A stretch of DNA of 64,000 bases. Origin: Octopus sinensis (taxonomy: Eukaryota). This document shows, in pieces, positions 25,631-40,186 of the stretch. Where the stretch lies: the NCBI RefSeq assembly GCF_006345805.1, contig NC_043005.1, positions 37,138,001 through 37,202,000 on the forward strand. The letters are read 5' to 3'. The notes under the pieces are model-generated. The model saw only the letters and a list, made by a program, of their open reading frames with translations. It made no database searches and had not been told where the DNA came from. Position 1 is the first letter of the stretch, and the number at the start of each line of letters is the position of its first letter. The translations under genes were made by a program, and so were the position numbers.

Positions 25631-27947
25631 CTACTATTATTCAGTAGTCATATTTTTTATGTGCTTTCACTGCACTACCAAGCACAATCTTGAGAGCATT
25701 GGGCATGCATGAGTGGTTTGTTTATGGTGTTATTTTTACTGTACTGAAAGTACACTACATGAGATGTGCTATTTTCTTTGGTATATATATTCATAACTCT
25801 TGAAGTTTGGTTATATGTGTCGGCATGTATTTTTTTATATCATTCCCAAAACACCTATTATTATGGAGATTGGTGGGTTTTTTCAAGCCCTGTATTTGGC
25901 TCTTTTTTTTTTTTTTTTGGTTTCCAGATATTTGTATTTCATTAGTTTCTCCATTTCTTTTAGGGACCGATACATCAATTAGGAGGCTTTCTTGTTTTAG
26001 TGGTCCTTTCCTTGACAAGGTTTTTTTTTCTCTTTTCTGTGCTCAGTCAGTTACTAGGGTTGAAAACTTGGCACAATATTTGACATCTTTAATTTTGATG
26101 AGAGTCTATGGTAGGTTTTGTAAATTAGCTTATTAGAGACTGCCGAATGGTAGAGTTGTTAATGTGTTAGATGAAATGTCATGCAATCTTTGCTCTGGCT
26201 CTCCATGCTCTGAGTTCAAACCCCACCAAAATCATATTAGACTTTCACAGTTTTAGAGTATAAAAAAGTATATTCCAGATCTGTGGATTGGTAGACCATT
26301 GCAAAGATCAGATCATAATTTGAATGCTCATTTGATCACTTGTAGCTTAACAACAACAAGAACAACAATATCAATGCAACAGCAACAAGCAAAGTAAAAA
26401 TCTCATTCAACACTGTTTGCTAATGACAACAACAATAACTACAATCCCTACCATCATCACCACCACCATTGTCACTGACAGCACTCAGCACTCACCAGAA
26501 AGACACCAGCAAAATCATAAACAACGGCTTCCCAGTCCTCAGCTTGCCCCACACACTCAGCAGCGCAGTCATCGATAACTCTCCTAACAACTTCCACCTC
26601 AGCTCTCATTGATATCATAACTACCACCACCACCACCAACACCACCACCACCTGCACCAAGAACACCAAAACGTTTGTCACCTGAGTGCAGTGTGACACC
26701 CAATAACATCAATTCAAGAATAAACAAAACATTTTTTTTTTATTCCTTTTTTCTTTTTTTTATTAGTAGGCTGTATTTTAATTGGCAGTTTATCAAATAC
26801 ACAGGAAATAATTAATTACTTAGTTTCAGAATTTTTCTCTAATTCTCTCCTTTTCACCGCCACCACCACCACTCCTGCCACCTCTCTCATTTCCTATTTT
26901 ACTCTATTGCTTTTCGTTTGTTGATTATTTCGCATATTTCAAAATTTATATATTTATGCAATAATTTAATTCTCACCATAAATTACCACCTTGGTGGGTG
27001 ATGGATTGATTTTATTTATACATATAGTTTAATTTTTCGATTTCATTACACTAGAATATAGTGAAGTTAGACTGAAACAGAGACATCTGGCTTGTACACG
27101 GGCTATTCTCTAGTCGTGTGTATTTCATTGTCACACATCCATCCATTCTAGCCATGTGTGGATGTTAGAAAAACATAATTGTTCAAAATCATTATCTTCA
27201 TTTCTGAAATAGACACAGGTATAGTTGTGTAGGTAATTAGTTTGCTTCCCTGCCAAGTCGTTTCAAGTTCAGTCCCTCTGCATGACATCTTGGGCAAGTG
27301 TTTTCTATGATAGCCTTGAGCTGACCAAAGCTTTGTGAATGGATTTCATAGATGGAAACTGGGAGTAAGTTGTTGTTGTTGTGTATGTGTGTGTGTGTGT
27401 GTGTATGTATATATGTATATATGTGTGTAAGTATATATGTATGCATGTATGTATACATATCCATCTATGTGTCTCTGTGATTGTTTACATATTCTATGAA
27501 TAATATGAGCTACAAGTGATGATGTTGTTGAAGTTTCTGCTGGCTTTGCACCTTCAAAGACATGAAGTTTAAAAAAATCCCTCACTTGAAAATTGGGTGA
27601 ATTTAAATGACAAATACAGTAAAACAATACCTCAGTAATACATTTGTCTAACCCATACTAGCATGGACGAATGGACGTAAAAACAAATAAAGAACAAATT
27701 TTCATTTATGATGCAAAACTTCCCAAACTCTGGTCTTTGATCAATCACACTCTTACATTAACTTCTGATCTTCTCAGATCTAATCACTGCTGTGTATTAG
27801 CTTCTGATCTCCAATCAGCAGCTGTGCATAATATCACTTAATGCCAACAGATTGCAATTAACTTTATCCAAGGATTATTTTTTTTTTGTGTGTATATATC
27901 ATCATCATCATCATCATCGTTTAATATATTATATATATATATATATA

Positions 27948-28688
27948 TTGTTATATTTAGGGTTGTCATATTTTTTGCCTGTTAATCACACACACTACAT
28001 AACTTGGTATTCACTTCAGTTTTATTGTTATTCTTATTTTAATGTCTTCTGTTTGAAATCTTTTGTCGCACATCTTATGTTATTTTCTGTTTAGTCTGTA
28101 AGATAGAAGGGACTGAACAGACCAGGAGAAGACACGTGGGATGAAGAGTCACTGAAGAGGTCATAGTACATGTTGTGAAAGATTTCAGACAAAAGACACA
28201 AATATAAAAATAATAATAATAGGCATAGGAGTGGCTCTGTGGTAAGTAGCTTGCTTACGAACCACATGGTTCCAGGTTCAGTCCCACTGCGTAGCATCTT
28301 GGGCAAGTGTCTTCTACTATAGACTCGGGCCAACCAAAGGCTTGTAAGTGCATTTCATAGACGGAAACTGAAAGAAGTCCATCGCATATATGTATATATA
28401 TGTGTATATGTGTGTGTGTCTGTGTTTGTCCCCCCAACATCGCTTGATAACCGATGCTAGTGTGTTAACAGTTCGGCAAAAAAGACTGATAGAACAAGTA
28501 CTAGGCTTACAAGAAATAAGTCCTGGGGTCGATTTGCTTGATTAAAGGCAGTGCTCCAGCATGGCCATAGTCAAATGACTGAAACAAGTAAAAGAATAAA
28601 AAAAAGAATAATAAAACTGAAGTGAGGAACACATATATAGTGCATGTGGTTAATTGGCAAAAAATACGACCTTCTCAAAGTATAACAA
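27948..28688. mobile_element. Long-TIR MITE with a SINE inserted into its right TIR
   Basis: Left end TTGTTATATTTAGGGTTGTCATATTTTTTGCC...CACTTCAGTTTTATT is the reverse complement of 28605-28688. TA on both outer sides suggests a Tc1/mariner-type TSD. Confidence 0.75.
28222..28600 (+). mobile_element. SINE family A, full length and relatively young
   Basis: Complete head (GGCATAGGAGTGGCTCTGTGGTAAG; B-box GGTTCAGTCCC), central (TA/TG)n and tail ...GACTGAAACAAGTAAAAG. Confidence 0.9.
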
Positions 28689-29716
28689 TATCTGTTTCAA
28701 TACACGATTTCATATCAGGAATCTTGCATAACAAATACATAAAGATATATATATACACACACATACATGATTTTGTCCCAAACAAAGTTTGAGGCCACTG
28801 TAGCATAAGGGACTACAGAGTAACAAAAGAAATGGCCTACAAATTTAATAGAGGTCAATTAACAGAAAGCTTAAAAGGGCTGAATATTGTAGACCAGAGG
28901 AAAACAGGACAATGACAATGATTTCTAGAGTGCAGCATTTTGAGGAAAGAAGTTTTTTGATGGAGGAAGTTATTAGAATAAGAGGACTAGTAGAAAGCTC
29001 AGTAGAGAAATAATGTATCTGGGAAGAGAAGCAGGTGACACATTCAACCTTTCAGCATTTAAGCCAGCCATATCCAGCCAAAATGTTCTACTTGTTTTAT
29101 GTTCAAACTGACCAGATCTGGCCTCTTAAACCTATCCTACAATATCATTCTAAATTACCACATCAAAATTTTGAAACTGCAAGATAATGAATAATTAATT
29201 ACAGACAATATGAATAAGCACTACATTTTACAGAAATGAATGCAAAGAGTTTAAAGCCCTTGACAGAAGGTACTAGACCAGGAAGTTCACCAGAAAATGA
29301 CCATAGAAATAATTATAGAACAAGCACAATGAAAATACATTTTGACGAAGAAGTAGTCTCTGACCTCATGGTGTAAGGTAGTTTATTTATACCATTAGTT
29401 TTTCTTTTTACCTACCAAGGAATCAAAACTTATGCCAACAACTTGGACTCTGCTCCCACAAACCATAAAAATTCTTATGCCATTAGACAAACATATTCTT
29501 CTGATACTAATCCCTAAAGGAAAAAAATATTGCTTGTACACCATTCACACCAACCATCCTCCCAGACCCTGGCCTGTTCAATACTGAATACTGTGAAAAT
29601 TGAAAATATGCCATTCTAGTGCCAAGTTTTGACTGACCTGCATAAAAATACACTTGGTGCTGACACAACAACGCAAATATCTTTTACATATTATTCATTA
29701 TTATTCATATCTGTTC

Positions 29717-29768
<52 letters not shown>

Positions 29769-30232
29769 TGTATACATACACACACACATATATATATACA
29801 TATAGTGTGTGTGTATATATTATTCATATATTTGTGTGTGCGTGTATATATATATATATAAACATACATATATATGTAATATAGTATGTATATTTGTGTA
29901 TGGTCATATATATATATATATATATAAGGAGAAAAAAAGAAAGAATTTGAAGGAAAACAAATCATATTAATTGTTCAAGCATAGGAAAATAGGACATGTG
30001 TTTTTCATTGCCATCGTCTTTTTTTTTTTATCACTTTTTTAATTCTTTTTTTTTTTTTACCAATTCCATTTGGCTGAAAGATATCCAATTCTATTCCATT
30101 CAGTGATTTCAAATGATTTTGCAGTAAATATTACAAAAATAGCATCACATTTATTTACTTTTTTGTTTTAGTTTGAAAAAAGCAAAAAGTAAACCTTCAT
30201 AAAGTTTTCCTTTTTACAATTCTACTTTTTCC

Positions 30233-30278
<46 letters not shown>

Positions 30279-31651
30279 TGAAGTTGCCAATGGTGGACGT
30301 GTCTTTTGTGAGCTTGTGTGTATAAGAAAAAATATCAGATTACTTGAGGTATTGGATGTTCCTTTATGTGTCACGCTTTATTTTTTCCTTTTTTGGAATG
30401 GTAGGAATGGACACCTATTTTACATAAAGAAACAAGGAATTTTTTCACATGTTCTCTTTTTGTTTGTTTACTCTCTTTGTGGGAGAAAAAAACTTCACAT
30501 TTTTATTTATTATTTATATATTTATTTATTGTTTGCTGATAGATAATGTTAAATAAGTATTTGTAAATGAAACAGCCACTGAAGTGATAGTAAGAGGTGA
30601 GGGCCCCACAAATCTTGAAGTGCCACTTGCTCTTACAAAAAAGTTCTACAGCATTTATAAAGACAAAAATGTGTAAGACAATGATAGTTACACAGGTAGA
30701 AAAATTGGTGTAAAAAATTATTCATATCTTGATACATGCAAGAAAAAATTTCAGTAAGAGTTTTGCTTGTGTAGCTAGTCAGAAAGAATCACTGAATATA
30801 AATTTCCTCCAAGAAAAACAGAAATTGGGACAAGTTCTGAAGGAAAGTGCTTCCTTACCTAAAGAATGCATTCAAGAACAAACAGGTAGGAAGGTAAACT
30901 ACAGTTCTATCTTGCTTAAAATGGAGCAGGCTTCAGCTGCTTACAGAAATGTGTGTGGAATGATGTAGTTCCCATCAACCAGGGCAGACTACATGAGAGT
31001 GTGTTTTTTTTTTTTTTAAGACTCAGGACTAGACAAGCAATAAGCTGAGGTGGTGCACTAAACACATGTTTACAGAGTGGTACCACAATGTGTGGAGAAC
31101 CAGAGTATAAGGATCACAGCCAGTGTTTGATGTTAGCTCTTGACTTATTGTCTTCTTTGTGATACAGTGCAGCTGGGTGGAAAGGACAGAAATAAATAAG
31201 CAATGTTATGTGACTGGGTGTGGCCCATACAGATCACAGCCAGTTAAACATTGGCTGCTGAAGATTACAAAGACATCCAGGAACTTGAGTGCTAAAAGTA
31301 AAACGTTCAGGATTATAACAGCTGGACGGAGAGTAGGATGCACTAATACTCTGACTTGTACTCATTTACAGGTGAGTGGACTGAAGCAATGTAAAATAAA
31401 GTGCCCAGCCCAATGCAACAATGTATTGTCCAGTACAAGCATTGAACTTACAACCTTATAGTTATGAAGTGAAAACTATAACTACTTGGCCACATACACA
31501 ACATATATAGGTTTTTAGTTATTCACAATAATATGTTAGACGATTTTTCTTGTATTACCCTGTCTACATAAATTGGCATATCCCAGAGTATAAATACTTT
31601 GTCACTTAGTGCCTTTCAATACACACACACACATACACACACACACATACA

Positions 31652-31695
<44 letters not shown>

Positions 31696-32032
31696 AGTAA
31701 AAAAGAACAGGAGATATGAGAGGTAGAAGATTTAATATATCCATAAGGGCACAGTGTCAAATAATTTACTCCAGATTACATCATTCATTTTGATGAGTTG
31801 ATATATTCATATTATGTACCCTGCACACCCATAGGCACAGACCCCCAACACACACACACACACATTCACACAACATTACACAATACAAGTGTATAGCCAT
31901 ATAAAGATGCACAATAGAGAAAACTAATCTATAATGATTCCTGACATGGGAATTTGTTTTTTCAAGGTGGTGCCACAGTATGGCCACAGTCCAATGACTG
32001 AAACAAGTAAAAGATAAAAGTTTTACACACAC

Positions 32033-32063
<31 letters not shown>

Positions 32064-32077
32064 CATACATACATACA

Positions 32078-32104
<27 letters not shown>
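32033..32104. repeat. (CATA)n microsatellite
   Basis: Direct inspection. Confidence 0.95.
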
Positions 32105-32109
<5 letters not shown>

Positions 32110-32944
32110 CATACATTTATGCATGTGTGTATGTGTATGTGTAACGTTATTTTTCTGTGCATGTTCGTAGATCCCAGTGTGTGAGACTCCCAAATATATC
32201 GTAGATGTTTACATGTTCCATTCTCACTCGTATTGGACTCCCGAAGCTATTTGCATTAGTTTTCCCTTTAATTCATACCAGATATTAACAGATATTAAGT
32301 CGTTCTGCGGTAGATGTTTTATAATAGTTTTCTAGCTGCAAAAGACAGTACCTCACTATGTTTGTGGTGTGTATATATATATATTTTTTTTTTTTTCTTC
32401 TTCTCTCTCAATGTTTAAGTGGTACAGTCATTGCATTTCTTATTTTTTATTTTCTTATCTAGTCTTTCTAATTCACTTAACTTCCAGTGAGAATACAATA
32501 ACAGCAACGGTTTTGATATCTATTACCTTATTTTTGGTGCTTAACTGCTTAACTCAGTCTGAAGTATTAATTGTTTGAATCTACAATACACTTCTCTGAC
32601 ATTTTCTTTTATTTATTTCCATGTGTGTGTATGTTATATTCAGTCTAGTTCATTAATTACTAAGTATTTCTAAGTCTGTCTTTGATCGAGTTCTCTTATC
32701 TTCATTTCTCTTTAGAACATGGTATTAACCATTTCTTTTCATTTTCTTCCATTTTAAGGTTGCATCGTACATTTTCTGAACCAAATTCCATACCTAATTC
32801 TCTCGTGTCTTTGTTACTTTGTGACATTCCTCACAGTTCTATAGTTATATGAATAAATTAATCCCCAGGGTATTTGCAGTGAGATCTCTGGCTGGTTGTT
32901 TCCCCATGTATACACACTTAAGATGTTTTAATCAAAAAAGAGGT

Positions 32945-33340
32945 GAAGGCATGGCGGTGTGGTTAAGAGGTTTGCTTCTTAATCACAAAGTTTCAAATTC
33001 AGTCCCACCACATGGAACTTTGGGCAAGTATTTTCCATTGTGTCCCTGGGTCACTGGATGTCTTGTCAGTGGATCTGGTAGATAGAAACTGAAAGAAGCC
33101 TATCACATATATCTTTTATCATTGACTCGTTTCAGTCAATAGACTGTAGACATTCTGGGACACTGCCATGAAGAATTTTTAGTCGAATGAATTGACCCAG
33201 CACTTATTTTTTGTTAAACCTGGTCTTTATTCTATCAGACTTTTTTGTCAAACTGCTAAGTTATGGGGGTGTAAACACACCAACACCGATTGTCAAGTGA
33301 TAGTGGGCAACAAACACAGATGCAAAGACACACAAACATA
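32945..33340. mobile_element. SINE family A head (+, about 32945-33105) abutting a family A tail half (-, about 33110-33340)
   Basis: Motif matches to 28222-28600 in opposite orientations. Confidence 0.7.
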
Positions 33341-33393
33341 AATATACTTATATACAGTATATATATGTATGTGTGTGTGTATATATATATATA

Positions 33394-33635
33394 TTGGGTA
33401 ATCCTATAAATAATGTGGATTTTTCAATTGCACAAACTAAAAATTGGAGGGGGACGAGATAAACTACCTGCATCAACTTGCTATAAAAGCAGGTAGTAAT
33501 TTTACCTGTTCCTCATTCTTATTGCAAGTTTTGAAGAGTGCAGTTCAATTTTAACAATTATTTTTTCAAAGCTATAATGGAAGTGACAAAGGAGCATGTT
33601 TTACTTTATGAGTTCAATAAAGTCAACAACATTGA
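33394..33635 (+). mobile_element. Mariner 5' end with start of transposase
   Basis: TA|TTGGGTAATCC terminus. ATG at 33577 gives MEVTKEHVLLYEFNKVNN, like the mariner N-terminal HTH (EH.RH.LL.EF.KG.N). Confidence 0.7.
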
Positions 33636-34817
33636 CTTTATTGAACTTTGGCTATAGTAGAAGACACTTGCCCAAGGAGCCACACAGTGAGACTGAAACC
33701 AGAACCATGTGGTTGGGAAGCAGTCTTCTTACCACACAGCCACACCTGCACCTACATATATATATATATGTGTCTGCATATGTGTGTGAGTAGTGTGTTT
33801 TAGTCCCTCCTTGTTTCCACATCACATGCCTGTGTCATACAAATAATGTCCTCTATTTTCAATCTACCATGAAAACATGTCTGGCAATGGGAAAAATATT
33901 ACCTTACTGACAAACGGGCGAGATTTGGCCACAGGAAGGGCATCCGGCCATGAAAATATTTACCTCAATAAATTCTGTCCAACCCAGGATAACATGAAAA
34001 TTGGACTTTATAAATATTGATATGGATGGTGGCGTTACTGCAGATGATGATGGGTATCTCAAGCATATCTCAGGCAACTGAGATTCTTTGAGTTATTTTG
34101 AGATTTGTCGAATTGTTCTGGAAAAAACATTATTAAGCTTTTTAAAAATGCTTCCTTTAAGCAATTTTGAGATTTCTTAAAAAAATATTTCTAAAATATT
34201 TTTCACCTTTTCTTATCTCATTCGTCACTTTAATCTCCATTTAATTTATTCATTTACTGTATTTCCTCCTCCTCCTTTACCTACCCAACCTCTCCAACTA
34301 ACGCCATTATCCTGTTGTCTTACTACACTATACATTAATGAAAATAGGATTCATTAGTTCCCATTGCTCATATAGATGCATCCTACAAGCTAGATTGTAT
34401 GTATTAAGCAAATAAGAAGAACGTCCAGTAAGTCTCCCTGGGCATTTATTCCTCTTTCAAGAATTTGCATGGTTTTCTGTTATTTCCTTTGATGTGTTAT
34501 TTTACTTGTTTAGTTTCTATGGCTGGCATAACAACCTAATTTTTGGCTTACTCCATTTTTATTTAGTACTTTTAGTTTCATAGGTATTTTACTTCTTTCT
34601 ACCACTTCTTACTATTGTTAATGTAAAAAAAAGCTGAAGATGGAGAAGAGCAAAAAATGGGAAAAGAAGATGACAAGGAAGGAAGATTATATAAACAATG
34701 AGAAGTGGAGGTAAGGAGAAGAATAGCGAAAAAGTGGAGAGAAGGAATAAATAGAAAGAAAGAAAATACAATGGAAAATATAAGGGTTTAGGTTATTGTT
34801 CTGTTTCTCCTCTGAGT

Positions 34818-34960
34818 GAAGGTATGTAACCTAGTGGTTAGTGTGTTGCACTCATGATCAATAAGACTGGGGCTTTGATTTCCAGACCAGGCAGTTTTGT
34901 TTTTTCAAGCAAAACACTTCATTTCACATTACCCCAGTACACTCAACTGTGAATGAGTTC
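34818..34960 (+). mobile_element. SINE family C 5' part
   Basis: CCTAGTGGTTAGTGTG...GATTTCCAGACCAGGC...GCAAAACACTTCATTTCAC. Confidence 0.7.
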
Positions 34961-36129
34961 CAGCAATAACTGGGAAGTTAATCCTGTGACAGACTGGCAT
35001 CCTGTTCATGGGTGAGTGTTGTATTTCAATCAGTTATATACTATGGAATTGGGTTTAAACTCCAGCCTTGTGAGTCCTAGGGCTCGTAACAGACCTAAGT
35101 TTAAGTATGTTACCTTGTAATATGTCTCTCTGTGACATCCCCTTCTATTCATATGACAATAATCTGCATTTATGACTTAATATCTGCCAGTATTTACTTA
35201 CTGGTGGAATATACTAATTGTTAGTTTCCTTTACTTTCTTATGCACTCTCCTTAGTTTGTTCAGTTTTCAATTTATTACACTAAAGCTAAGGTTCAAAGT
35301 TGTTATGCTTAAAATCTTAACGGTTATTACCTATGACAAATTTCAGTCAGTTTGAATTAAATTTGTAGTCAGGGTTCTTAAAGCAAAACAAGAATGGAAA
35401 GGAATTGTCTTGAAATATGTAATTATTTAACAAGAGTTTCTTGTATTTTTAATAAATCGATTCATTTTTTGTAAAGGTGTATTGTGATACAGTTATTCTC
35501 CATTTTGTCATGCTGTATTTAATATATCGAACAGTAATTCATTCAACATTAATCATTGTATTTTGAGTGTCCATAAATGTATGATGTTATCAATCACTCC
35601 TGCAATATTGCTATATTTATCAATAGCTATGTTTTTTTTTACCTATATGTACTTATGTGTATATGTGTTCAACAGACGACAGTTAATGACTCTTTAATAT
35701 TGACTATTTCTTGTGTTTCTCATATTTAGTTATTCAGTATATTTTACTATTTTATTAACCAAACCATCTTTAAACTCTTTTCATATCAATCTCCTCTTGT
35801 TTTATGATAGAAATTTCTTTTTTTTTTTTGTGACCTTAATTAAAATATTCCATCATAATTTCATGCTAATTTATATTCTGAACACTAGCTGAACAATAAC
35901 AAAGCTATTTTAATAAATTCTTCATCATTTTTGAAATTAATTGAAATAAACAATGCATTTCAGTGGAAACATGATAACAAAAGGGTTAATAATAGCACTG
36001 GAAATTTTCAGAAGGATCTCTGATGCTAGTCAAATCGTATATCTCCTCTACTGCAAGATATCTGTTTTAACTTCTTGTCACCTGACACAAAATCACTTCA
36101 CTCAACTCTACACTTCCACCTCAGATGGA

Positions 36130-36360
36130 AGGTTTTGTCTCATGAGTTACTTGGTGACCTAACTAGTGCTAGTGCTATTCTAAAAAGCATTCAATACACT
36201 CTGTAAAGTGCTTGGCATTAGGAAGGGTATCCAACTATAGATACTATGCTAATGCAGACAATATGAGTTTGGTGCAGTCCCCCAGCTTGTCAGACCCTGT
36301 TGAACCATCCAGTCCTTGTCAATACAGAAAACAATCATTAAATAAATAATGATGATGTTT
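36130..36360 (+). mobile_element. 5'-truncated RTE-type 3' end
   Basis: CTCTGTAAAGTGCTTGGCATTAGGAAGGGTATCCA...(GAT)n tail shared with 51070-51230 and the 3' end of 52290-53280. Confidence 0.65.
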
Positions 36361-38426
36361 TCATTTACATTTGTTAAATATTTGAGCCTGAAGCTTGTTT
36401 AAGGTTTATTGATACTAAAACTTTCTAGCTGGTACTTGGCTAAACAGCTGTGGTACAGTCCTTATTTTACATTTGCTTGCCTTTAATTCTAAAATTATTT
36501 TCCCCTCATTCTAAATATTTTTATGTATTCTTTATTATTTTTTTTATTGCACTATTATATTGCTTCATGAAACACAAAATACTTTTATCTCCTTCCCTCT
36601 TGATTTGGCTGTTGTTTTTAGCTTTGTTTTAAAAATAAATTTTCCTGATATTATAAAATGTTATAAAAAACTAATGACCCTATCAATAAATATATACTTT
36701 TCTAAAGCATTTATGCAATTTATGATGTATTAAAAAATTTTTTTTTACTTGTTTTCATTTCTCTGAGATTTTGTCTGTCTCCATAGAATTCTAAATGCTA
36801 ATGCAACCTTGTCGGGACACAGTCATTGGCAGCAATTGAATTAATTGGTTTTGATTTTATTAGAGAAATATGCTACAAGTAGAGGATGATAGAAAATGTA
36901 GAACAAGAACAGCAAAACTAAAAAATAATAAGTAAAAGTTTGAAGCAATGATGAAGAAAACATCTTAATTGAATTAATTCTAATTATATTCGAGAACCCT
37001 GATTTTAACAGAATTTTACTATAAAAACTGTAATGTAAAATTAATGCAAACAATAATTGTAACCAAAACAGCTGCAACAACAAAAGAAAAAGCTTTAACA
37101 ACAAACACAATTTATGAATAATCAGGAAAGAAAATATGGTTATGAAAATCGAAAATTTCCTGCTGAGGTCTTCCTCAATGACCCTACATTTCAGTGAAGG
37201 AAATGACCACTTTTCCAAACAATCCAAGATATTTTCATAAGTGCCACTGTTATTGTCAGTTGATGCATCTTAATGACATCACTGCTATAATTAAAACCAA
37301 TCACAACACCTCATCCATTATCAACATGCAACAGTTATTACTGTTATTAGAAGTTATTAGAAATTTTGTGTATGTGTGTCTGTGTGTGCCTGCATACACG
37401 CAATACCCTCCAAAATGCCTTTCTCTATAATCACCAATTCCTGATTATGATGCTATAATCACCACTACTAATACTACTATAAAAATTGTAGTAGTAGCCG
37501 TATTATGGAAATAGTTCTATCATCAACACAGTCTCTACTTCTATTTCTACCCCCTTTAAACTTCACTTAATTAGAGTCCACATCAAGACGAATTTATATT
37601 ACTTCCATCTTGTACTTTGTCTAATCAGTACATAAATTTATAGTCCTATATGCACATAATCATATATTTCCACCCACACACTCACACATACTCATACATC
37701 CATATACACATAATGCTTTCTACTAAATATATTCCACAAATACATTACTTGTTGCTTAATTAGGATATTATTCTAACCTTATATATGCCATACTTGCTAA
37801 AATTCATCAACAATTCTGATGCATATAGGCCTATATACCTTTACTTTTCTATGGTTCCAGTTGCTCCAGTCTACTCAGCTGAAATGAGTATCAACTGAGT
37901 TCTGAGTCCACTTTCCTACCAGCTGTCCATCCTATTCTACAGTCAAGGCAAGAGGCTCAATGACTACTTGTGACTACATAAGCACCTTAAACAGTTAGTG
38001 AAAGCATGGTACATGCCAGTTAATCATGTTTCCTTGCAAGTGATGATACCTATGGTCTTCTACATGTGTGTATGTGTGTGTGTAGTTAGGTAATAAAAAT
38101 AAAGAACAGACAGGAGGTTGAAAAACTTAAGTAGAAGAAGAGAGAGATAACATCATTGTAATAATGTAAAAAGGAAATGTCTTGGTGAGTGAAGAAATAT
38201 TTTGATATAGTGAGAGAGTAGAGGAAATACTAGCAGGTGATAGTGCAGACCTTAGGAGAAGTCAGATGATGCTGAATTTGAGCTGTTTGCTATTCTGGAG
38301 CCATCCAACCAATGTCAGTATTTAAACTTATACATTAACTCAAAGACATGGCCATATTATATTCAGAATATATTCCAAGATTGATAAATGTGAACATTAT
38401 AGATATTTTACTATTTCTGTTTTATT

Positions 38427-38461
<35 letters not shown>

Positions 38462-39842
38462 AAAAGTTTCAAAATTATCAAGAAATGTAAAAGGAAAAAA
38501 TTGGAGTGGGTATAAGGAAGTTTGTTACTAGCTAAAATTGTAGGTTATACTAAAAGTTCCAATTGAATGATAGTGAAATAAGTCAGTTAATATTTGCTGT
38601 CAACTCAATTACTTAATATCAGCATACTCCAATAAATCAATTGTTTCACTACACATACATGCACACGTCCTCTTCTTTTCTCTGTACATGCTCCTTTTTC
38701 TCTCCTCTTCTCTCTAGAAATCCATATGTGCAAAATTTTACCTCAGTGATTATCTTAATCAGTCTAACTGATCAATCAATCAATTGATCGACCAACCAGA
38801 TGATCAATAGACATATTTTGTTGGTCGATCGATCAGTGAACTAATCTTAACTGTGTACTTTTCAACAGTTTTGATCTATTTTTCTTCAGTTAAATTAGCT
38901 TGCCATTATGAATTAATGATTGAACAACTGTCTTTCCAAATGACCTTTCAGTTTTGGTTCAATTCCTATTAAAATCCTGCAGCCTTTGTGTATTTGCTAC
39001 CTTCAGATTTTGGCTCTGTAGTTTTGTAAATTTGCATACAGTTGAGGTGTCATGTTTGTGTGTATGTGTGTGTGTGTGTGACTTAAAGAATATAGGTTTC
39101 TCTCTGTATCTGCTTATCTATTGGAATACGTGACTATTTCAGAATCAATATTTATTTGTATGTGTGATGAGATGTTTACCTGATTGTATTAATGTTTGCA
39201 TTTATATTTAAATGATTTTGTTTCCTGGTTTGTATGAATCTATAGCTTTGTTTAGTGTGTTGTATATATGTGTGTGTCTGTCTGTGAGCATTTCATAACA
39301 TCTGGTGTTTAAATATAGTTGTTTCTATGTGGGCATAGTTTGTGTGTGCAGGGATGGATGGGTGTATCTATATCTTTTCCTTCCTTTTGTTCTTCACATA
39401 TTTACATTGGTGTTACAAAATATATACTCAGTAAAGTAGATTGTAAATGAACAGAGAAAGCATAATGTTGTAATGTCTTTATAGTTCCATCTTACTGAGG
39501 ACTTATCAACCAGTCTAATGTTGGTACCACAAGAAAATGCTCTCAGTATACTGTGTAAAGTGGTTGCTGAAAGGAAGGGCATCCAAATGTGGAAACCAAA
39601 TGAAAATGGCACATATGGGAACCAGATAATATGAGAATTATTTCCCAATGAGGAAAGACTTAGGGCATAATGATCTATCAACATGGAAAGTGAATTCACA
39701 ATGATAACATAGATTGATTGATTGATTGATAGTGACAGACAGCTAGTGGTAGTAGACATAGATAGTAATAGGACAAATAGATCATGATAGTGCAGATAGA
39801 CAGATAAATAGTGATGAACAAATGGATAGTGATAGTACAGAT

Positions 39843-39845
<3 letters not shown>

Positions 39846-39901
<56 letters not shown>

Positions 39902-39912
39902 CAGATAGATAG
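39846..39912. repeat. (GATA)n microsatellite
   Basis: Direct inspection. Confidence 0.95.
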
Positions 39913-39966
39913 ATCATGCTATAGGCTCTCATATGCAACAAAACAATTCAATATTTAAACATACAT

Positions 39967-40186
39967 TAAGGTGGCTAGCTGGCAGAAATGTTAGCATGCC
40001 AGGTGAAATGCTTAGCGGTATTTGTCTGTCTTTATGTTCTAAGTTCAAATTCCACCAAAGTTGACTTTGTCTTTCATCCTTTCGGGGTTCATGAATTAAG
40101 TACAAGTTGTGTACTAGGGTCGATCTAAATGACTGCCCCACCTCCCCAAAAGTTTTGGATCTTGTGCCTAGAGTAGAAAAGAATAT
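39967..40186 (+). mobile_element. SINE family B, full monomer
   Basis: TAAGGTGGCTAGCTGGCAGAAATGTTAGCA...AAGTTCAAATTCC...CTTGTGCCTAGAGTAGAAAAGAAT. Confidence 0.85.
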
